Under the pieces are notes generated by a model that did no database searches, was not told where the DNA came from, and saw only the letters and a program-made list of their open reading frames with translations. Source: an uncultured Planctomycetota bacterium (lineage in GTDB: Bacteria > Planctomycetota > Planctomycetia > Isosphaerales > Isosphaeraceae). Taken from it: DNA of 64,000 nucleotides. Position 1 is the stretch's first letter, and each line of letters begins with the position of its first letter. Shown here in pieces: positions 20,149 to 30,050 of the stretch. The position numbers and the translations under genes were made by a program. The stretch covers positions 7,488,001-7,552,000 of the forward strand of contig CAVTTN010000002.1 in the NCBI GenBank assembly GCA_963737655.1. Reading direction: 5' to 3'.

Positions 20149-20895
20149 ATGAGCCTCGAACCGCCCCTGCTCGCCGATGTCGGCAATTCCCGGCTGAAGT
20201 GGGGGCGAATCGACTCCCGGGGCACGCTCCTGGACCGATTGAGCCTCCCCCTGGATGACCCGTCGGCCTGGAAGGTGGCCGCCGAGTCGTGGGGGCTGAC
20301 CGGCGCCGAGACCTGGGCGATCGCCTCGGTGAATTCGGCCCGGACCGCCGGGTTTCGGCGATTCCTGGGCGATCCTGAGGACGTTCGAGTCTTCCGATCG
20401 GCGGCCGATGTGCCGGTCCGGCATCGCCTTGCCCATCCCGAGACCGCGGGGGCCGACCGCGCCCTGGCCGCCCTGGCCGCGATCCGGCGGAAGCCCGAGG
20501 GCCGGGCGGTGCTGGTCGTGTCGTGCGGGACGGCCGTGACGGTCGAGCGGATCGACGCCTCCGGCCTCTGGCAGGGCGGGGTGATCGCCCCGGGGCTGGG
20601 CCTTGCCTCGAAAAGTCTTCATGACGGCACCGCTCAACTCCCGAAAGTCGTCGTGGACCGGCCCCCGGCGTCCTGGGGGGATTCGACGGCCCCGGCGATC
20701 GCCGCCGGGGTCTTCTGGGGGACCGTCGGCGCCGTCCGCGAGATCCTCGCCCGGCAAGAACTCGACCTGGCCGATCCGGTCCACCTGTGGACCGGCGGCG
20801 ATGCCCCGATCCTGGCCCCGGCCGTCGAGGGCGACTCGGCGGAGATCGTCCCGGACCTCGTCCTGATGGGCCTGGCGGAGGCGATCCGCCCGTGA
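20149..20895 (+). CDS. coaX: Type III pantothenate kinase
   Basis: LLADVGNSRLKWG, IASVN, GADR, SCGTAVT, GGVIAPG, WTGGDA. Confidence 0.9.
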   Translation: MSLEPPLLADVGNSRLKWGRIDSRGTLLDRLSLPLDDPSAWKVAAESWGLTGAETWAIASVNSARTAGFRRFLGDPEDVRVFRSAADVPVRHRLAHPETAGADRALAALAAIRRKPEGRAVLVVSCGTAVTVERIDASGLWQGGVIAPGLGLASKSLHDGTAQLPKVVVDRPPASWGDSTAPAIAAGVFWGTVGAVREILARQELDLADPVHLWTGGDAPILAPAVEGDSAEIVPDLVLMGLAEAIRP

Positions 20896-22037
20896 ATCCC
20901 TCGGACCGCGACCGACCGATCGCCGTGGTCCTGACCGGCTCGGGCCGAGGGGCGATCTCGGTGGTGAAGGTCTCGGGCCCCGGCTCCGTCGAGGTGAGTG
21001 ACCGGGCGTTCCGGCCGTCGCGAGGGGCTTCGCTCGGATCGACCCCGGCGGGCCGGCTCCGGCTCGGGCGGGTGGGACATGGCCTCGGCGATGAGGTCGT
21101 CGCGGTGATCGTCGGCACCGACCCGCCGGCCGTCGAGATCCAGGGACACGGCGGCCCCGAGGCGGTTCGAATGGTGCTCGACGCCCTGGAAGAGGCCGGG
21201 GCCGTCGTCGTTCGTTCGACGGGTCCGGGCCGGACGATCCGCGAGAAGGCCGAGGAGGCGCTCGCCCGATGCCCGACCCTTCGCGCGGCCGATGTCCTGC
21301 TCGATCAGGCCTCCGGGGCGCTGGAGGAGGAGCTTCGCGAGGTGGATCGGTCCGCGGCCTCGGACCCGCCCGCCGCCCTCAGGCGGCTCGACCAACTTCT
21401 CGATCGAGCGTCGTTCGGAATTCGCCTGCTGGAGGGCTGGCGGGTGGTGCTCTCGGGACGGCCGAACGTGGGGAAGAGCCATTTGCTCAACGCCCTGGCC
21501 GGCTACGAGCGCGCGATCGTGTCGCCGACGGCCGGGACGACTCGCGACGTGGTCACGATCGCGACGGCCTTCGAGGGGCTGCCGGTCGAGCTGGCCGACA
21601 CGGCCGGGTTGAGGCCCTCGGAAGATCCCGTCGAGTCGCTCGGGATCGCCGCGGCGAGGGGCCGGCTCGCCGGCGCCGACCTGGCGTTGCTCGTCCTGGA
21701 CCGTTCCGAACCGCTGACCGTCGAAGACCATGCCGCGCTCGCCGCGCTTCCCTCGGCGCTTCGAATCGCCAACAAGGCCGACCTGCCGCCGGCCTGGTCG
21801 GCCGAGTCGATGGGCGCGGTGGCCGTCTCGGCCCGGACCGGCGAGGGGATCTCGGACCTCGTCCGGGAGATCGTCGCCCGGCTGGCGCCCGAGCCTCCGC
21901 CGGCCGGGTCGGCCGTGCCCTTCGACGAGGAGATCGTCGCCCAGTTCATGGCGGCGAGGACGAAAGTGGCGGCGGCGCCGGGATTGGTGTTGGATCAATT
22001 CTTCGCGGCGAAAAAATGCTCCGAGACTGCTCGGTAG
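20892..22037 (+). CDS. mnmE: tRNA modification GTPase MnmE/TrmE-like (short form)
   Basis: GRGAISVVKVSG, EIQGHGG, GRPNVGKS, GTTRD, DTAG, NKAD, SARTGEG. Confidence 0.82.
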   Translation: MNPSDRDRPIAVVLTGSGRGAISVVKVSGPGSVEVSDRAFRPSRGASLGSTPAGRLRLGRVGHGLGDEVVAVIVGTDPPAVEIQGHGGPEAVRMVLDALEEAGAVVVRSTGPGRTIREKAEEALARCPTLRAADVLLDQASGALEEELREVDRSAASDPPAALRRLDQLLDRASFGIRLLEGWRVVLSGRPNVGKSHLLNALAGYERAIVSPTAGTTRDVVTIATAFEGLPVELADTAGLRPSEDPVESLGIAAARGRLAGADLALLVLDRSEPLTVEDHAALAALPSALRIANKADLPPAWSAESMGAVAVSARTGEGISDLVREIVARLAPEPPPAGSAVPFDEEIVAQFMAARTKVAAAPGLVLDQFFAAKKCSETAR

Positions 22038-22158
22038 AAAGCCCCAGTGAGAACGAGTAGGTCCGACTTCAGTCGGGCCTGCGAAACAAGGGTTTTTTAG
22101 GCCCGACTGAAGTCGGACCTACTCGACCCCTTTCCGTCACCGGGGTCTTCTACGGAGC
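22029..22158. repeat. REPIN/MITE-like palindromic element, family A copy 2
   Basis: CGAGTAGGTCCGACTTCAGTCGGGCCT...AGGCCCGACTGAAGTCGGACCTACTCG core; outer arms GTAGAAAGCCCCAGTGA / TCACCGGGGTCTTCTAC; lies between convergent genes. Confidence 0.85.
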
Positions 22159-22191
22159 CATCTGACACGATTTCGGTGATTCCGGCCCCGA

Positions 22192-25100
22192 TTACTTTCG
22201 GGCCGGCGGCGGGGGAATCCTCGACAGGTCGGGTCCGGCGGCGGGGGCGGGGGCGTCGAGGTCGAGCTTGGCGTCGTCCCGGGTCATGCTGGCGGGCGAG
22301 CGGTTAGGTTCCCAGGGCGTGAGGAAGCGGGCGTCTCCGTGGATCGGGGCGTCCTCTCCGGGGGCGACGGCCACGAGCCAGGAGGGGCGGTCGAACCGGA
22401 CCGGCAGCATGCCGGGCTGGGCGGTCTGGTCGCGTCGATAGGTCTCGATCTGGTGATAGACGACGCCGTGACCCTCCCACTTGACCTGCTCCCGGAGGGC
22501 TTCGAGGCCGTCTTGACCGTCGATCCGGACGAGCGGGCCGTCCTTGGAGTTGGTGGCGAGGATCGTATCGCGGGCGACGACCTCGCAGGTGGGCAGGTCC
22601 GGCTCGCCGGGGGCGCTTTCGAGCTGGACGAGGCCGCCGGCCAACCTCGCGGTGACCTGGCGAAGGGTGACTTTCAGTGGTTCGGTCGTCGCCCCTCGGG
22701 GCAGGCCGTGGCCGTGGACGAGGCTGCCTCCGGCCCCTAGCACGCAGTTCGAAAGCTCGACATCCAACCTCCGACCGGCGGCGACGTCGAGGATGTCCCC
22801 TCCGCCTCGAAGCAGGCAATCGGTGGCGCGGACCTGGGCCGAGCCCGGGGGCATGGCGAGGCGGTCGCGGTCGGCCGGTTCGTCGCTGGCCAGGACGAAC
22901 GCGACGGCGGATTTCGGCCGATTTCCGGGGATCGTGACCGTGCAGCCCTCCAGGTTCAGCTCGGCCCCGGCCCGGACCGCGAAGGCGCCCAGGCGCCATC
23001 GGCCGGGGCGTCGGCGTCGTCCAGGACGAGGTCGATCCCGCGAAGCTCCAGGCTTCCCGATCGGACCCGGAAGAGGCTCGGGCGCTCGGCCGGGCGTTCC
23101 GGGTCGGGCGCCCCGGGCTTGAAGCGGAGGACCGGCCAGGGCGCACCCGGCTCGGCCTGGAGGACCCATCGGCCGGGGCCTCGGATCTCGATCGAGGAGA
23201 CGGCCAGGTCGGCCCCTCCGGCGATCTTCAGGACGCCTCCCTTGCTCGCCGGCCGGTTCAGGGCATCGATCAGGGCGTCGGCCGTCCGGAGGGCCTCGAG
23301 ATCGGGCGGATTGGCTCGTTCCTTAACAGGGGGGTCGGCGACGACGGGGGGCGGACCGGGCTTCTCGTCGAGGGCCGGCGGGGGGCCTTCGGCCGGGTCG
23401 CGTTCCATCGGTGCCATGGGCTCGACCGGGGGGTCGTCATCGCGGGCCATCGCCTTGGGGGGATCGGCCTTCGGGGCCGCGGTCTCCGCCGGCATCGGCC
23501 CGCTGGGGAGCGAGACGAGCGGTCCGGCGGCGACGGTCTTGCCGGGCTCTCGGTTCGGGTTCGCGGGCGGACCGCCGAGGATCGCCGGTCGGGGCGGCCC
23601 GACCGGTCCGGCAGGCGCGGCCTTCGGGCCCAGCGCCAGGGCGTCCGAGGCGATCAGGATCGGGCCGAACGGGCCTCGCCGCGCGCCCTGGTCTCGCAGG
23701 GGCCGTTCCCCGGCTTCCAGGGCGAAGGAGGCCGAGGGGTCGGCCCGGGCGATCAGGCCGAACGGGTCGGCCGAGGCCCAGACCGGTCCGTCGGCCTCGA
23801 CCGAATCGACCTCGCGGAGCCCCCGAGGGTCGTCGCTCCACGAGGCGAAGTCGTGGATCGTCGCGTCGTCGGGCCCTTCGCGAGACGGCTGGAGATAGGT
23901 CACGATCCCGTGGTAGAGGTTCGACCGGCCTCGCCAGTCCAGCCGATCGGGGTCGTCCACCGCCACGAGCGTGGCACCTCGCTCCAGCCCCGTGGCCACG
24001 ACCGATCCGTCGACCCTGGCTCGAACCGTCGCGCGGGTGGCCTTGAGGAACGGCCCTCGCCCCGGACGCGCGGAGATGTGCTTGAGCGTCAGGTCGATCG
24101 TGGGCGGGGCGAGCCCCCCGGGCCTTCGATGAGGAAGCTCGGGCCGTCGGCGCCGAAGGTCGAGTCGCGAACCTGGACGTCGGCCGCCCCCTTGGCCCGG
24201 ACCCCGACGGCCCCGCGATCGACGTGCGAGGCGTCCACCATCAAGGTCGTCGGCGGGGCGTCGGCCGGGCCCGGCCCGAGTTCCACGGCCGTCGGCCGGC
24301 TGGGGCCGAGCCGCAGAGGCGCCGTGCGGAACAGGCAGCGGCGGATGGTCAATTCGGTCCCCTCGGCGCGGATCGCCGAGGCCGGGGAGTCGGCGTCGCC
24401 GACCCGGAACTCGATGCCCTCGATCGCCACGACGCCCGGCCCGAACCGGAGGATCGCCGAGTCGGTCGAGGAGGGCGAGCCGCCCCGGACCCCTCGGATC
24501 GTCGGTCGGGCGTCGGCCCCGGCGCGGATGGTGAGGTCCCGGCGGCCCGTCGCCGGGGGCGGGGCGGCCTTGAGCTCGTAAGGCCCGTCCTCGGTGAGGA
24601 TCAGGGTCGAGCCCGACGGCTCTCGGGCCAGGGCGGCGGCGAGGTCGTCGGTGGGCTTGAGCGCGACCTCTCTCGGACGGGCCCTGGGCCGAGGCGGGGC
24701 GGCCTCGGCGGCCTTCGCCGTCGCGGCCTTCGGCACCGTCTCGACGACGGGCGAGGGCTTCGGCTCGGCCGGCTTGAGCGTGGACGGCTTCGGCGAGGTC
24801 GCGACCATGGGCTCCACCGGCGGAGGCTCGAACGGCTCGACTCCCGGCTGCCCCCAGATCACCAGCGAGCCCACGACCAGGGCCAGGGCCGCGGCCGGGA
24901 CGCCCCACACCAGGTGCCTCTCCCACGCCGGAGGACTCGGCGGGGCCATCCACACCAGCCCCTCCGGGCTGAGCGACCGCAACCCCATCGAGCCGGCCAC
25001 CGTCAGCAGGTCGCGGACGAGCAATTCGGGCGTCTGATACCGCCGGTCGCGGTCCTTGGCCATCAGCTTCAAGAGGATCGCGGCGAGGTCCTCCGGCACG

Positions 25101-25993
25101 CTCGGATTGACCGATCGCACGTCCGGGGGCGGCTCCTCCTGGTGCTGGAGGAGCTTCTGGAGGACCGTCCCTTCGGGGAAAGGCGGCCGTCCCGTCAGCA
25201 TGTGAAAGAGCGTGCATCCGAGCGAGTACAGGTCGCCCCGGACGTCCACGTCCCGGGGGTCTCGGGCCTGTTCGGGGCTGATGTAGTCGAAGGTGCCGAG
25301 GGTCATCCCGCTCTGGGTCAGGCCGTCGTCCTCGGTCCCTCGCTCGAACCGGCGGGCGAGCCCCATATCGACGAGCTTCGCGCGGCCCTGGGGCGTCACG
25401 ATGATGTTCGAGGGCTTGATGTCGCGGTGGACCACGCTCCGTTCCGAGGCGTGGACCAGCGCCCCGGCGACCTGGAGCGTGTAGTTGATCGCCTCGTCGA
25501 CGCGGAGCGGGCCCTTCTCGGCGACTCTCTGCCGGAGAGTGGTCCCCTCGATGTACTCGAAGGCGATGAAGTGATAGCCCTTGTCCGTGCCGATGGTGAA
25601 GACGCGGGCGATGTTCTCGTGATCGAGCCGGGCGGCGGCCCGGCCTTCCTGGTAGAACCGCTGGACGACCTCGCCGTCGGAGGATTGCTCGGGCGGGAGG
25701 ATCTTCAGGGCCACCTCCCGCTGGAGGCGGCCGTCGACGGCCAGGTAGACGGCCCCCATCCCGCCGATGCCGATGGCCCGGACCAGCTCGAACGACTCGA
25801 TCCGGTCTCCGGCACGGGGCAGGGGGAGGGCCTCGGCCCTCCGGCCGAACGACGACTCGGAATCCCCTTCGACCTTGCCCCCGGTCCGGACCGTGGGAGG
25901 GTCGCCGGCCGGAAGCGGCGAGGGATCGGCCGGGCGCCACGATCCGGTGGCGTCGGGCACGAACCCGGAGATCTTCGTCTTCGAATCCGGCAT
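22192..25993 (-). CDS. Membrane Ser/Thr kinase with a large C-terminal beta-helix-like region (frameshifts at ~24115 and ~22990)
   Basis: IGIGGMGAVY, VALK, HRDIKPSN, DMG, GTFDYISPEQ; TM WGVPAAALALVVGSLVIW; continues through ORF-track frames 22956..26036 and 22192..23169. Confidence 0.85.
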
Positions 25994-26110
25994 CGGCCGA
26001 CTCTCTCGGGCCGAGGGAGCGGTCTCCCTGGTGCAATCCCTTGCAGTTCGCGATGAGGCGACGGGGTCCGCGCGAACGATGGGCCAGAGGGCGCGGAGAT
26101 CCCCTGAGCG

Positions 26111-26140
26111 ACTATATGCCGACCCCCCCGCCGGTGTCAA
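26111..26140 (-). promoter_or_regulatory. Putative sigma70 promoter of the kinase gene
   Basis: Minus strand TTGACA-N18-TATAGT. Confidence 0.55.
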
Positions 26141-26160
26141 CCGAGGCCGGACCCGCCCCC

Positions 26161-26320
26161 AGGGCCGTTTCTTTTTCGGTGGAAGATTCTTCCGAAGGGT
26201 TTCGGGTGGCACGGGTTCCGTCTTCGGAACCTGTGGGACGGACGCCACGGGTTCCGAAGACGGAACCCATGCCACCCCAGATGCTTCCGGCCGAACGCGC
26301 TCGGAGAATGAAAGGGCCCT
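26161..26320. repeat. REPIN/MITE-like element, family B copy 2
   Basis: Termini AGGGCCGTTTC / GAAAGGGCCCT; inverted pair GGGTGGCACGGGTTCCGTCTTCGGAACC / GGTTCCGAAGACGGAACCCATGCCACCC. Confidence 0.8.
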
Positions 26321-26408
26321 GGGCCGTTGCCTCTCCGTGGCGATCGTGCCACAATGAGGGCCTTGCCTCCCGGACCCACCCGCTCCTTCTCGCCGATCGA
26401 GGCCCTCG

Positions 26409-27682
26409 ATGCGTGTCTCCTCGACCACCCGCCGGACGTTCTTGATGCAGACCGGGGCCGCGGCGGCCGTCGCGACGGCCGCGGACCTCGCCTCCGTCGC
26501 CCATGCCGCCGGCAGCGACACCCTCCGCGTCGGCCTGGTCGGCTGCGGAGGGCGAGGCACCGGAGCCGCCGAGCAAGCCCTGACCGCCGACCGGGCCACC
26601 AAGCTCGTCGCCATGGGCGACGCCTTCCCCGATGCCATCGAGGGCAGCCTCTCCTCGCTGAAGTCCTCGGGCGTGGCCGATCGCGTGGAGATCCCGGCCG
26701 ACCGCAAGTTCGTCGGCTTCGACGCCTACAAGAACGTGATCGACAACGTCGATATCGTCCTGCTGACGACCCCGCCGCACTTCCGGCCCATCCACCTGGA
26801 CTACGCCGTGAAGAAGGGCGTCCACAGCTTCGTCGAGAAGCCCGTGGCCACCGACGCGCCGGGCGTCCGCAAGGTCCTGGCCCTGATCGAGGAGGCGAAG
26901 GGGAAGAACCTCGCGCTGGTCTCGGGCCTCTGCTGGCGATATCACCAGCCCCGCCGCGAGACGATGAAGCGCGTCCTGGACGGCTCGCTCGGGCCGGTCG
27001 TGGCGGTCGAGACGACGTACAACTCGCGAGGGGTCTGGGAGCCCAGGCGGACCCGCGAGCAGGTCGGCTCGGAGATGGAGTCTCCAGATGAGGAACTGGT
27101 ACTACCACTGCTGGCTCTCGGGCGACCACATCGTCGAGCAGGCCGTCCACGGGATCGACACGATGGCCTGGGCCCTGGGGACGAGCCCCGGTCCGCTGCA
27201 TCGCCTCGGGCGGGCGGACGGTCCGCACCGACGAGAAGTACGGCGACATCTGGGACAACTTCTCGGTCCTGTACGAGTACGCCAACGGCGCCCGGGGCTA
27301 TCACAACTGCCGACACTGGCGCGATTCCGACCCCCGGGTCGAGGACTTCGTGCTCTGCCCCAAGGGCCGGGTGGACGTCTTCGCCAACAAGGTCGACGGC
27401 GAGGCGAAGTGGCGCTATCGCGGGCCCAAGACCGACATGTACCAGGCCGAACATGACGAGATGTTCGCCTCGATCCGCGCCGGCAAGCCGATCAACAACG
27501 GCCTGTATGCCGCGAGGAGCACCCTCCTGGCGATCATGGGCCGGATGGCGGCGTACACCGGCTCCTACGTCACGTGGGAGATGGCCCTCAACTCGATCGA
27601 GAACCTCGGGCCGAGCGAATACGCCTGGGGCGACGTCCCGAAGCGGGCCGTCCCCAAGCCGGGGGTCACGAAGTTCGCCTGA
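26409..27682 (+). CDS. Tat-exported Gfo/Idh/MocA family oxidoreductase (frameshifts at ~27083 and ~27180-27190)
   Basis: TTRRTFL Tat motif, VGLVGCGGRGTGA, FVEKPVA, MRNWYY..WLSGDHIVEQAVH, AIMGRMAAYTG. Confidence 0.88.
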
Positions 27683-27725
27683 GTGGAAAATGGGGTCGGA
27701 TCAATAGGAAAATTGAGCCGACATG

Positions 27726-27862
27726 TTCCGTAGAAGACCCGATTCGCGGAGGCCCAACGAGTCGGTCCGACTTCAGTCGGGCCTACAAAAGCGTCTTGTT
27801 TTGTAGGCCCGACTGAAGTCGGACCGACTCGATCCCTTCCCATCACCGGGGTTTTCCACAGG
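27726..27862. repeat. REPIN/MITE-like palindromic element, family A copy 3
   Basis: CGAGTCGGTCCGACTTCAGTCGGGCCTACAAAA...TTTTGTAGGCCCGACTGAAGTCGGACCGACTCG; lies between convergent genes. Confidence 0.85.
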
Positions 27863-27901
27863 GCCGATCCGCCGCCGGTTTCCCGCCCTCACGCCTTGTC
27901 C

Positions 27902-29611
27902 CTACGCCCGTCCCACCCGGCGGACGACGTCGCGGAGCCTTCGGGCGTCGATGGGCTTGGTCAGGTGGGCGGCGAACCCGGCGTCTCGACACGCGGAGAC
28001 GTCGGCCTCGGCGCCGTAGCCGGTCAGGGCGACGGCGGGGACTCCGTGACCGGCGGGGAGGCGGCTCAAGAGCTCGATTCCGGAGCCGTCGGGCAGCCCG
28101 AGGTCACTCAGGATCAGGTCGAATTCGGAGGGCCTGAAGGCGGAGAGGGCCGACGCCACCCCCTCGGCCGAGACGACGCGATGGCCGTCGGATTTCAGGA
28201 GCCGGCCGAGGACGGCGATCGTGGCCGGGTCGTCCTCGACCAGGAGGATGCGGAGGGGGCCGGAGGCGGACCCCTCGGCCTCGGGGGGCGGACCGGCTTC
28301 CGGGCTGATCCGGGCCGAGCGGACGGTGGGGATCTCGATGGCCAGGCGAGTGCCTTTGCCCGGTCCGTCGCTCTGGGCGGTGATCCGGCCGGCGTGGGCC
28401 TCGATCACCGATCGGCTGATCGCCAGGCCCAGGCCTAGGCCGCCCCCCCGTGGCCCTCGTTCGGGGCCGGGGACCTGGACGAACGCCTCGAAGATCCGGC
28501 TGAGGGCCTCGGGATCGATGCCGATCCCGGAGTCCTCCACCTCGACGACCAGCCTGGGGGCGTCGCGACCGTCGGGCCTCGCATTCCGGGAGCGGACCCG
28601 GATGAAGCCGCCCGCCGGGGTGAACTTCACGGCATTCTTCACCAGGTTCCAGACGACCTGCTGGAGCCGGGCCGGGTCGGCCTCGGCGTGGTGGTGTTCC
28701 GCCTGGAGCTCCACCAGGAGCCGCAGGCCGCCGGCATCCACGTCGGCCCGGCAGATGTCGATCGCACGATGGATCAGGGCGTGGACGTCCACGAACTCCG
28801 GGGCGAGCCGGAGCTTCCCCTGGCCGATCCGGGTGATGTCCAGGAGGTCGTCGATCAGGCGGGATTCCAGCTCGATGTTGCGGCGGACCATCTCCAGGAT
28901 CGGCAGGAGGGCCTCGGGGGTGGACGGATCGTCGATCAGGGTGGACGTGGCGAGCAAGACGGGGTTCAGCGGGGTCCGCAGTTCATGGCTGAGCATGGCG
29001 AGGAAATGGTCCTTGGCGCGATTGGCGGCCTCGGCCTCGGCCCGGGCGGCCCGCTCGCGTTCGAGGAGTCGGGAGCGGTCTTCCTCGGCCCGGCGGCGCT
29101 CGGCGATCTCGGCGCGAAGGAACTCGTTGGCGTGCGCGAGCTCGGCCGTCCGCTCTCGGACGCGGATTTCCAGCTCGTCGCGGACCCGTCGCAGCGCGTC
29201 CTCATGGCGGGCTCGTTCCAGGGCGAACCGGATCGAGCGTTCCAGGACCAGCGCGTCCAGCCGTTCCTTGGGCACGTAATCGGCGGCGCCGGCCTTCATG
29301 GCTTCCACGTCGGTCGAGCGGTTCCCCTGGCCGGTCAGGAGGATCAGGGGCTTGCGGCAGCCTCCGGCCCGGGCCTCGCGGATCAGGTCCAGGCCGCTGG
29401 TGGGCCCGAGGTGGTAATCGACGAGGTAGACGTCGTGCGACTCCGACCGGATCGCCACCAGGCCCCGGTCGTACGACGCGGCCCAGTCCAGGGCGAACCG
29501 GCCCCAGGGGATCTCCTCCAGGAGGTCCCGGGTCAGGACGAAGTCGTCCTCGTCGTCGTCCACGAGCAGGACGCGGAGAGGCTCCGCGGACGGGTCAGTC
29601 GCGGGGCGCAT
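27902..29611 (-). CDS. Hybrid sensor kinase / response regulator (REC-HisKA-HATPase-REC)
   Basis: VLLVDDDEDD, LSHELRTPL, NLVKNAVKFT, DSGIGI, GLGLGLAI, C-terminal ILLVEDD...SDLGLPDGSG. Confidence 0.93.
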   Translation of the reverse strand: MRPATDPSAEPLRVLLVDDDEDDFVLTRDLLEEIPWGRFALDWAASYDRGLVAIRSESHDVYLVDYHLGPTSGLDLIREARAGGCRKPLILLTGQGNRSTDVEAMKAGAADYVPKERLDALVLERSIRFALERARHEDALRRVRDELEIRVRERTAELAHANEFLRAEIAERRRAEEDRSRLLERERAARAEAEAANRAKDHFLAMLSHELRTPLNPVLLATSTLIDDPSTPEALLPILEMVRRNIELESRLIDDLLDITRIGQGKLRLAPEFVDVHALIHRAIDICRADVDAGGLRLLVELQAEHHHAEADPARLQQVVWNLVKNAVKFTPAGGFIRVRSRNARPDGRDAPRLVVEVEDSGIGIDPEALSRIFEAFVQVPGPERGPRGGGLGLGLAISRSVIEAHAGRITAQSDGPGKGTRLAIEIPTVRSARISPEAGPPPEAEGSASGPLRILLVEDDPATIAVLGRLLKSDGHRVVSAEGVASALSAFRPSEFDLILSDLGLPDGSGIELLSRLPAGHGVPAVALTGYGAEADVSACRDAGFAAHLTKPIDARRLRDVVRRVGRA

Positions 29612-30050
29612 CGGGCAACTCCACGATCTCCAGCCAGTATCGCCCCAGGTCTCGCATCACCTCCACCAGCCCGGCGAACGTGACCGGCTTGGTGATGAAG
29701 GAATTCGCCCCGAGCTCGTAGGACCGAAGGATTTCGGCTTCCCCCGCCGTCGTGGTCAGGACGACGATCGGGATGGATCGGAGCTCGGGATTGGTCTTGA
29801 TCTGGCCCAGGGCTTCGCGGCCCCCCATCCTCGGCATGTTCAGGTCCAGCAGGATCAGGCCGGGCCTCGGCGAGTCGGCCGGAGCGGAGAACGGCCCTCG
29901 GCGTTCGAGGTACTCCATGAGCTCCTCGCCATCGTGGACGAATCGCAGCTCATTGGCCACGCGGACCTCGCGAAGGGCCTCGCGAGTCAGGAGGCGGTCG
30001 TCCTCGTCGTCGTCGGCCATCAGGATCACGACGCGCTCGGTCCGGCTCAT
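29595..30050 (-). CDS. Single-domain response regulator (Rcp1-like)
   Basis: ILMADDDEDD, LILLDLNMPRMGG, IPIVVLTT, YELGANSFITKP, RYWLEIV. Confidence 0.92.
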   Translation of the reverse strand: MSRTERVVILMADDDEDDRLLTREALREVRVANELRFVHDGEELMEYLERRGPFSAPADSPRPGLILLDLNMPRMGGREALGQIKTNPELRSIPIVVLTTTAGEAEILRSYELGANSFITKPVTFAGLVEVMRDLGRYWLEIVELPDAPRD

